Part shown: one piece after another, positions 54,356 through 64,000 of the stretch
How positions within the stretch are numbered: the first letter of the stretch is position 1
How the letters are laid out: every line of letters starts with the position of its first letter
Made by a program: the position numbers and the translations under genes
The notes under the pieces: model-generated
Told to the model about the DNA's origin: nothing
Databases searched by the model: none
Seen by the model: the letters and a program-made list of their open reading frames with translations, nothing else
DNA from: Eledone cirrhosa
Lineage: Eukaryota
DNA: 64,000 bases
Assembly: GCA_964016885.1 (NCBI GenBank)
Contig: OZ024740.1
Span: forward strand, 234,298,001 to 234,362,000
Direction: 5' to 3'

Positions 54356-54418
54356 ATTATATTTTGTCTGATGGGGACGTACTGTTGTACATCCGAAATA
54401 TGTATAATAAAATGTAAT
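54356..54418 (+). ncRNA. Hammerhead in PLE 3' end, core variant CUGAUGG
   Basis: Stem I AUUAUAUUUUGU/AUAAAAUGUAAU, CUGAUGG, stem II GGAcGUAC/GUACaUCC, GAAA, UAUGUA, UA. Confidence 0.7.
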
Positions 54419-54579
54419 TGATCAAAAGAACATCTATTTTATTAATATTTATATTTTAATATTAATAACGCCGGAAAATTATTTTTTGGTAGAGTGCTTC
54501 CAATCTACTGCAAAACTCATTCTTTGACATACTCATTGAATATTGTTTAATACTTTAATATATATATATATATATATAT

Positions 54580-55452
54580 TGTTATATTTGGGGAGGGTCA
54601 TATTTGCGTAATATTGCCAGAATTAATAACAGAACACACTCACTGTTTGGTTGGTTTTCGCTTCTCGCTGTCTTTTATATCAGCGATCTAACTTACTCGG
54701 TCCTCAATGTTGCCATTGACTGACCGGCGGTCAAAAATAATACAGATACAATATAGACACAAACACATATATATAGTTTACATAATTTACATAAATCTTT
54801 CGTTGCACATCTGCAACATCGTCAGTGGTGTTATATTCATTGTTCCTCCTGTTGTGTTGTATGTCTACGCCATTTTTTATTCAGTCTGTCTATATATTTA
54901 TTTATTTATTTGCTTGTTTGTTTATCTTATTTTATTTTGTCTTCTTTGCGCATGCGTTTGCGTGTGTGTATAGTGTTATGTGTGCTGTGTGACTAGTGTG
55001 TATAGTGTTGTGTCTGCTGGGTGACTAGTGTGTGTTTATGTGCTTGTTGTTATTGTGCTTGTGTATGTATTTATTTACCTTATTTTATTTTATTTTATTT
55101 ACTTATTTATACTTCTCTTAGGTCAGTGTTGTTTGTTTGGGTGTTGTTGTTGTTCCACTCATTCTTTCTGTTTAGCTTTGGTCTTCTAATTTCTATTTCA
55201 CTAGCCTCTCTGATTTGCCTATCTGCTGGGTCATTCCTATGTTTAGATATTATTCTAATTTCTATGTTGTCTATGTTACCGTCATGTTGTTGTCTAGCAT
55301 GTTCGTATAGTACTGACCCGTTTTTTCGTCCTTTTAGTTCCCCCCAGTGTTGGTCTATCCTTTCACCTATGCTACGAGCTGTCTCACCTATGCTACGAGC
55401 TGTCATGTTTCTGCAAGTACCCTCTGTACATCTTATGCTATAGTTACATCTT
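54580..55452 (-). mobile_element. 5'-truncated Penelope-like element (GIY-YIG C-terminus + 3' UTR), tail-to-tail with the Naiad-like PLE
   Basis: YSIRCTEGTC..IGETARSIGERIDQH..SVLYEH..H..RQIREASEI..RPKLNRKNEW, with a 21-bp duplication (TARSIGE x2) replacing the YIG. A CTGACGA..GAAA motif lies at 54798-54825. Confidence 0.85.
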
Positions 55453-55453
55453 A

Positions 55454-55529
<76 letters not shown>

Positions 55530-56462
55530 ATATATATATATATATATACATATATATGTGTGTGTGTGTGTGTATTTTTCTTATACACGTATATGTTTAT
55601 AACAAGATGCATCCTTTCATGTGTGACCCATTGTGTATCTTTATATGACTTTGTGTGTATATTCTTTTTATGTATATATATTTTTTTTTCATGTGTGCGT
55701 GGGTGTGTATATGAATATGCGCATATTTGTAAGAGTATATATGAGCCAGTGTGTGTGTGTGTACAAGCACCCATGTAGGGGAAGGGCTTGTTTGTGTGTA
55801 TATATGTGTGTTTGCAAGCGAGTGTGTATCTGTGTGTGTATATATGTATATGTGTACGCATATATGTATGTGCGTAGGTGAAGAAGGGGTCTATGTATAT
55901 GTCTGTACGTGTTTGTGTGTACGTGTATATACACGCGTGTGCATGTGTATGCGCATGTATGTGTGTGTGTGTGTTGGTGTATATAGGCATGTGGGCATGT
56001 GTCTGTGTGTATGTTTATATGTTTATATGTTCTCCTTAAATGTGTGTGTATAGCGGGCGTCTATGCGTACGACTGTCATTATCTATGTGCTCGTGTGTGT
56101 GTGTGTGTATGTGTGTGTGTGTGCGCGCGCGCGCATGGACAGCAGTAATTTATGGAAGTGTAGCAGACATGGGACAGCTAACGCCCTGATGGTCAATGGA
56201 CTGGTACTTGTGGTCAGAATTATGATGACGTCGACAACCAGCGGCCAATCACAGGACGCGCGAAGAGGTTGAAGTTTTTTACGGTACTGGCCCAGATGGT
56301 CAGATACCCCAGTGAGAGAATATGCTCCGAAATCATTAGACGTGTCCGTCGAACCAGCGGGTTCAGAATCAGACAGATCCACACAATGATCGCGTCTCGA
56401 GCTGTCCGCCGGGGCACACAATAAATTGAGTTCAGATGCATCACTGATTTTTCGTTTTCTAT

Positions 56463-56504
<42 letters not shown>

Positions 56505-56744
56505 AATATATAATACATTAACAGAGAAAGCTTTAAGCAATACTCCAACTAACTTCCGTCTCATTCAACACACATTAGGATATACCTTAGTATAATCCCA
56601 ATTATACGCTTGAGGTGTTAACTATACGTATTTTGCGGATAGCCAGTTGTATTATTTTATAGAAGACATAATTAAATACATCTTTCTTTCCAAACGATCG
56701 TTTCTACAAGTTAGGAAAATAATGTCCAGGTTATGTAGAAGCCT

Positions 56745-56815
<71 letters not shown>

Positions 56816-56863
56816 ATAAAATAGCAGGAGGCTGGACTGGTGTAAATCCTTGAAAGGTTTATT

Positions 56864-56921
56864 ATACTATGATCATTTCAATTACCGGGTTCCATATGAA
56901 TCCGGTGATATCATCAGGTAT
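56864..56921 (-). ncRNA. Minimal type I hammerhead ribozyme
   Basis: AUAC-CUGAUGA-UAUCACCGGAUUC/GAACCCGGUAAUU-GAAA-UGAUCA-UA-GUAU with palindromic stem III AUGAUCAU. It lies in a 240-bp island between (TA)n tracts. Confidence 0.75.
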
Positions 56922-57045
56922 TGGAATACCAACTACACAAACGAAGATGGGTGAACTGCACTGCGTTGAGTACTCTTCACAATATTACACCGGATTGACC
57001 ATACGGAATGACCAGTTCTATCCAGTGGTGAACCAACAAACCTAA

Positions 57046-57099
<54 letters not shown>

Positions 57100-58130
57100 A
57101 ATGAGTGGCTGAGTATTCCATAGAAATGTGTACTCTTAATGTAATTCTCAAGCCGATTCAGCGTGAAACAAATTGTAATATGACTGAATGTTGGAATTAC
57201 GAATACAATGCATCCGAGAACATTTACGCCGACCTGAAATTATCGTAAGAAATATTTATTCAAGATAGTTTGCTTTTGTAATTAAACCTGAAACATTAAG
57301 ATGTTTAAACATTCGGTCATGCCTACGTCCAAGAATGTGTAACATATATCAACGCCCAGCTATATTTTTTTCGTACAATAAGATGTCCTTAGGTTCGCAA
57401 AACTTTGAATTGTGAATCCAGTGTATGTTGTTTCGATTATATTTTTATTATACGCCTTCAGTGGTGAGATATAGCTAGTCAAACGGTTGGCTGCTGTTGT
57501 CCTCAATTCTATATTGATACAAGCTTTCGTATGCCCACACATCTCTTCACAACCTCGCCCTATTTGTATACAATCCCAGCCACACCTTACGGCACCAATT
57601 TCCTGCACGTGATCGAAACACGTTTTTTTTGTGTTTCCGACCTGATAGTTAATTCATTGTTTATATATTTATCAACATTCTCCTGCTACATCACCCACAT
57701 CACATTCCTTCCTATTTGTTCGATTCAATCTTTAACGGACTTCGACCTCACTGTCACTCTCTACTACGTTAACTTACACTTTTAGAACACCTTTGCATTA
57801 AAACATTTCAATTCGATTCCTTGGAAATCGCCTACCCAAACCTAGATAATGGTGTTACCTGTTGTAGGAAAACGAAAGTTCGTGTTAATTTTCCTAATAA
57901 ATAATTATATCAATTTATAGCAACCGTATAAGTTTATGGAAGCTATGTTCAGACTGGAGAGGATGGGCTCCGCTAGGTTTAAAATGGCCAATACAATGAT
58001 GTCCCTACAACTCCATCAGGAGCTCATACGCTATAAGAATCTTTGTATTTGTTCCGGCTCTCCCCCAAAGTCAATTTTGGGTTCCATTATTTCGGGGTCG
58101 ATAAATAAAGTGCAAGACCAGTAGTCGAAT

Positions 58131-58210
<80 letters not shown>

Positions 58211-58369
58211 AAGAATTGACTGTAATCAAACCAGGAAAGAGATGGATTCCACCAAATTCTAAAATACTCAACGCTGCATGTCTCGACGGCACCTCAAGTC
58301 TCAATGAATACATGAAGGATACCAGTATATAATAAGCTTGGGAGACAAAGCATATAGCAATATGATATG

Positions 58370-58690
58370 TCATTGGACCTCCGTCGGTTCAGACAACAAC
58401 TGTTCCAATTGTTCAGACAAAGAAACAACCTACTCATAAAATTAAAGTGCAAGTGGATGAACATTTAACAGATACGAGTAGCCTTAACATAGCACCCAGA
58501 GAGATTTAGTTTGACGCAGTGTGACAAAACTGGCCCTTTGAATTACAGGTACAACGTGAAATAAAGTAACTTGCTCAAGGTCGCCTATTGCAAATATTAT
58601 ATTCACGTGTACAATGCACTGCCAAGAATCAAACCGACGACCACATGATTAAGGGCCAAACACTCTAACCACTAAGCCATTCGCCTTCAC
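58370..58690 (-). mobile_element. Family A SINE, diverged copy
   Basis: Colinear with 1-298. Confidence 0.75.
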
Positions 58691-58737
58691 TAGTTATAAG
58701 ACAGATAAACATTAACAATACAGTGGAAACTTATTAC

Positions 58738-59030
58738 CCGGTGCGTTTTGCCACCAGCCCAGCCTAGCCTTCGCTGCCCACCAGGCCAAAGAGGGCAAAC
58801 TGTTAAAGTATCGGCCACTCGCTGATAGGCTTTTGGTAGAGCCTGTAGCATTGGAGGCTTCCGGCGTTCTTGGCCCCCGGACCACCTCCTTGCTCCCTGT
58901 TATCGGAACGGAGTTGGCCGCCTGCAGGTGAGAGCACCACGAGGTGGAATGGCTGTTTCAGCGCATCCTGTGCAATGTATTCTCCATCCTGTCGGCCGGG
59001 ACCACAAGGGTAGATGACATATTAGTGTAG
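58738..59030 (+). mobile_element. CRE-clade retrotransposon extreme 3' fragment
   Basis: Manual translation gives AAHQAKEGKLLKYRPLADRLLVEPVALEASGVLGPRTTSLL..IG..EWLFQRI, homologous to the C-terminus at 9.3-9.6 kb. Confidence 0.75.
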
Positions 59031-59071
59031 GAGCAGGGTGGCTGTTTCAGACGAAAGGGTTATTAATAATG

Positions 59072-59160
<89 letters not shown>

Positions 59161-59496
59161 ACACCGAATGTATAAAGTATACAGCTTATCGTTCCATATA
59201 CTTTAAATGTTATATTCAAAACGGATAAGAAAAAATCCGACAACATAAAATATATTTCCCTAGAAGAAAGTTAAAAGATTATCCCAAAGGAAACAAGATA
59301 CAATAATGGTTGCTTTCAGTCTGAAGATGGTTCATTTTTATGATACTTCAACTATAACTATCATACAACGATGAGACGCTGTGTCAAAGTGTTGATAATA
59401 TATATTGTTTCATTATAAAATAATTTTAACAAAAGCAGGAAGTTATATTATTTAGGCTGAAGTTAGGTTTTGTAAAAGCCGGAAACTAAAGAAACT

Positions 59497-59772
59497 GGTT
59501 GTAATGCTGGTGGTGGTAATGGTGGTGGTGAAGCTGGTGGTGGTAGTGATGGTGGTGGTGGTGGTGGTGGTGGTGGTAATGGTGGTGGTGGTAATGGTGG
59601 TTGTGGTGGTAATGGTGGTGGTGGTGGTGGTGGTGGTGGTGGTGGTGGTGATGGTGGTGGTGGTGGTAATGGTGGTGGTGGTGGTGGTGGTGGTGGTAAT
59701 GGTGGTTGTGGTAATGGTGGTGGTAGTGGTGGTGTTGGAGGTGGTGGAGGTGGTCACAGTAGCGGTGGTGAA
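59497..59772. repeat. (GGT)n degenerate trinucleotide tract
   Basis: Visible directly. Confidence 0.95.
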
Positions 59773-60109
59773 TGTGACGGTAATTTGGGGTCTACGTCGG
59801 CAAAGATAATAGTAGAATAGTTAGTTTGCCGTGAGGAGTAAAATAAATCTAACGTTTCGGACATTTGTCTCTTTTCAGAGAGGAAGAAATAGCATATGTA
59901 TTCCAACGACAGATCGACCCTAGAATTCGTTTCAGTCTGGTGGTTATTTCACGGATTCTTATTTGCCGTGTAAAAATACACACGCACGCACACACACTCA
60001 TATATTAAATGCATCAAACATAACCTACTTTAAAAAACTCAATTTGAAAGCCAAATTCAGGAAAAGATAATCATAATAATTATATAATAATTATATAAAA
60101 GCTACTTAG

Positions 60110-60720
60110 CATGATGGCTGAAGCTTGATAATGTCTATCTTTCTCAAAACATTGATTGGTGTGGGTCCGTGGCTGGTTTAAAGGGAGATGGGGCTACAGT
60201 TGGAAGAACATGCGTGATCTAGTTCATCTTTGAGCGGTATGGTCTTTGAAACTCTTCTTTGGTCATCCAACCAGGCGATGTAGTTGCCGAAGTAAATATG
60301 CGTACTACATGTCCTAACCATCTCAGTTGATCTCTGTTTAGTCTGGATTCAATGCTAGTGGTATTGGTTCTATGGACGATTTCTGTGTGCAAAATCCTAT
60401 CCTACCAGGTGACTGAAAGTATCTTCTGAAGAAACTGAGTGTTATAGATCTTAATATGTCGTTTGTATTTGGTCCATGTCTCACACACATACAAGACAGG
60501 AGAGATACAAACTATTCGCTAGACAAAAATTTTGGTATGAAACGAGATGGTTTTGTTTTTTGAAAGACACTCTTCATCAGGCTTCCAAAAGTTATCGAGG
60601 CCTGCCAGTGGTGATCTAGGATCTCCCCGTCCAGGGTGCAGTCGTTGAAACTATGTTGCCTAGGTATTTAAATTGGGAGAGTGCAGTCAGTTGTTGATGT
60701 TCTATTAAGAAAGTGGGGTT
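60110..60720 (-). mobile_element. Highly decayed RTE LINE fragment
   Basis: The minus strand reads QFKYLGNIVS..DCTLDGEI, plus later WTK..RHIKIY-like and HVVR relics. Confidence 0.6.
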
Positions 60721-61031
60721 TATTGTAACTCCTTAAAGATATACTACTAGACGCTGAATTGGCTGAGTCTTTAAGGAGTCGGATGGAATGTTAAGCTGCA
60801 TTCGTTCCGTTATCTGCGCTCTAGGATAAAATCCTGTCGAAGTAAGCTTTGCTTTTTATTTGTTCGAGGTTGATAAATAACTTACCTGTCCAGTACTTGC
60901 ATCAATTCTCCCGCTATCTCGCTTTCCTTCTTCCCATGGAAGAAATATCCTGTGATTAGACTTGGGTTTTAAATGTCACGTCAAAGTTCCAACGATCTCA
61001 ACAGGAGTTAAGGGTCTATGGCTAGATATAT

Positions 61032-61115
<84 letters not shown>

Positions 61116-61711
61116 GTGTATATATATATATATATACACACATATATATATATGAATAAAAATAGACCGAGAAACAGGAAAAGTCCTTCATCAGTAGTCT
61201 GCTGATTCTCATTGGTATTTCTTTGCATTAAAGACTAGATACCTAACATCAGTGCGAGCGATAACTAAATTAAGTTATCGGGACAGAGGAAAGTGAACAA
61301 ACAACATGGCAGTAACGCAACGTAAAGAGAGGAAAAGAGAGACAAGTCAATGAATTTTGTGGGCTTAAGTCCGACAAATCAAATGACGAGAAGAAAACAG
61401 AAACGTCCGAACCACGAAAAAAGTGAGAGAGGAAAGAATTTCGGCAGGTCAGACGGGGGGAAGTGAGAGAGGAGGAGTAGCAGAGAATGAGTGAGTGAAA
61501 GTGTGAGGAAGGGGCCAGCTGAGAGTGTGTGACCAGCAGCGGAGATGGAGGAAAGCAAGGGGGAGAGAGAAAGAGGAAAGCAGTAAGGTGACAGAAAAAA
61601 TACGAACCACAGCGAAGGGAAAATATATGTGAATGAAAAATGGCGTGCTGCGTTGTTGCGAATATGAATATAGGAATAAAAATAGACCTGTTATGTGTGT
61701 GTGTGTGTGTG

Positions 61712-61815
61712 TACAGGATGTCCCATAAAATGTATAAACACTTCAACAGCATGCTAATAAATATTGCCTGTAGAGGTAATCAAAGTATGTATACATTTTT
61801 GGGGACATATTGCAT
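61712..61815. mobile_element. Small Tc1-type MITE
   Basis: TACAGGATGTCCCATAAAATGTATA ... TGTATACATTTTTGGGGACATATTGCA. Confidence 0.55.
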
Positions 61816-64000
61816 ATATTATTGGGTGGACATCCACACAGTTCCTATTTACAAAATGTCACTAGTAGCTAAGGTAAAATAATATAACACTTGCCCAAGT
61901 TGCCATGCGGTGGGATTGAACTTAACACCACGTGGTTGTGATGCGAACTTCTTAACCACACAACTATACTGACGACTGATCACAAAAAAATATCTTTGTT
62001 CTAAAAAGAAAATGAATTTTAAAGAAATTAGTGCATAGATCATTATGATCATATTTACATGAAAATTCTTTTTACTGCATAAATAGATGATAGTCACTCA
62101 TCAAATACTCATTGTGACAATGCCCGTTGTTACTGTCCTCGAATGATTACCGTAATTTAACAGATAATGGTGGGGGGGGGGTAGAAAGGTGGGGAGAGGG
62201 ATGAGGAGAGAGAGAGAGAATAAGATCTTGGCAAAAGGTATCATAGCGTGAAGATTGTAGAACATATTAACATTATGTTAGCTACTACTACTATGAAACT
62301 TGGTGTTGCAGATATCGGTTGGTTATCAGCAAATAATTGACAACACTCCAGCTGTGATTGCTATGGAAGCTATGGCTCGAGGTACTGGTTTCATGAATAT
62401 TCATTTGAAAATTGTTGGTGTAAAACTAAGATCGAAAACTGAAAAGCATGAAAATATGAAAAAAAAGAAAATATCTTTAAAATATGTATAAATAATATTA
62501 GTTATTGTATTTTTAAAGTGTTAATAATCAATAACGTAAGTTACAGTTGAAGAATCCATTTTGATACTTTCATAGTTGGATAGGTTTAAACGAGAGAATA
62601 TATTAACACAAAGACTAAACTAATCATTGTCGATCATTGATAACAAATGTAGAAGTCTCCTTTTATATATCGTCGTCGTCGTCATCGTCGTCGTCGTTGT
62701 TGTTGTTGTTGTTGTTGTTGTCACCATCGTCGTCGTTGTTTAGCTCTTGGTCAAATCCGATCGAGTCAATCTATGATCAAAAGTATTCCAGCTGTCACCA
62801 CCCATGTCTGTTTAGTGTTATCTAGAATCACATTATCGAATGTACTCTGTACTTATTTAAAGACGGTAGGCTGTTATTTGAGGCAGAATTGGCTGATATA
62901 TCTACCCTGTAGAGCGACCACATATAGTCTCCCTCATTGGTTAGTAAAGACAGCGAAATAGCAGAGTCCCTAGGACATCTTACTAAAATGCCTCAGTATT
63001 TGCTCCGACTTAGTTCACTCTGAGTTAAAATCCCGTTAAAGTGAGATTTCCCTGTCATCCTTTCGAATTCGATGAATAATATTTCCACCGTTTGCAACAT
63101 TGCAGCATTGAAGGAACCAAAATGAAAAGAATTTACTTTATTCGTCACTTGAAAACTTTTGCAAGCAAAACCGCTGAATGCTAAGAATGAAAATGTTTAC
63201 ATTAGCGACAAGCAAATTATTATTGTTGATGTTAGTATTGGTGTAAACTGCGAAGAATATCAAGGAACACCAGGTGTTTGGTAACTTTTAATCATCAAAA
63301 TAAAAACTAGTGAAAACATGATTCTGTTTGTTTCGATTTGTATTCAAGTATTGCGCTCTTAACAAGTTTAACTATGGAACGAAATATTTAACAAGATAAA
63401 CCAAGTTGGAGTGTTATAGCTTCAATAATCTTTGAAGTTGAAAATACAATTAAATAAGTTTTAGTGTTATGCTTTTAAATGGAAAATATAATCGAAAGCT
63501 TTAACAGAATGAAATGCTATGAAGATCTATCAATTTATACTTAAAACGGAGTGACAAGTGAGATATTAAGACATAAAAATAACCATGTAAAAAGACTATT
63601 TTAAATGGTCTACTTGATTCTGTTGCAAATTTGCTTTTAATATTTTTGCTTTTATACTGAATGTAAACTAATCGCTAATGTTAGAAAAATCTATATAAAA
63701 GTATTTTGATAAAAATTATTTATTACAGCTCTTAAGAAGTTAATTTAAAAGGAAGCAATTGAATTGTTAAATCCCAAAATCACAATCTTTAAGACAGATT
63801 TGGCTGCTTTTTCTAGCAGTTTGTTTGACTACGTGGGTATTTCTTCATTAGATTAGTGTTGGTGTGTGAAAACCAGATTTACCACAAAATAGAAAAGCAT
63901 GTTAAACAAATTGATTTCATGAAAGAAGCCAAAGTAAATTTTAAAAAGTTTATTCATCAAGGAAAATAGATTTACTCTGTCTTAATTTGATTGTCAAATT

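Larger units (their letters stand above)
50271..54560 (+). mobile_element. Near full-length Penelope-like retroelement (Naiad-like), with inverted 5' pLTR and hammerheads at both ends
   Basis: Inverted repeat 50271-50430/50456-50618, an RT-GIY-YIG ORF, and a long 3' UTR ending in a homologue of the 5' repeat. (TA)n lies on both sides. Confidence 0.9.

Noticed and set aside
57920-58124. Possible exon after TTTATAG
   Set aside because: No homology or donor site was recognised, and it runs into a SINE relic.
59452-59809. Poly-Thr / poly-Val ORFs
   Set aside because: They are translations of the (GGT)n microsatellite.

Overview
Eukaryotic, AT-rich, microsatellite-saturated non-genic DNA. The SINE repertoire and (TA)n/(CA)n/(GA)n density look like an octopod cephalopod genome (inference from recalled family resemblance). 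No host protein-coding gene can be supported, and nearly all ORFs in the track are microsatellite translations. The window is a retroelement graveyard. It holds a full-length ~5.7 kb Tx1/L1-clade LINE with an intact 1137-aa ORF2 inserted in a (TATC)n tract, and a near full-length but frameshifted Penelope-like element (RT + GIY-YIG, Naiad-like). It also holds CRE-clade and RTE-clade LINE fragments, a 1.3 kb internally deleted RTE with a TSD, Helitron remnants, mariner/Tigger/hAT MITEs and dozens of tRNA-derived SINEs. The main signal invisible in the ORF track is RNA structure. About a dozen type I hammerhead ribozyme folds from several unrelated non-coding families can be base-paired by hand, most densely at 46.7-56.9 kb. 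One lies in a 518-bp tandem, retrozyme-like unit, and there is also an atypical HDV-like ribozyme candidate in the RTE 5' UTR. Nearly all of these elements sit inside (TA)n tracts and come with fold-back palindromes and inverted duplications of flanking DNA.
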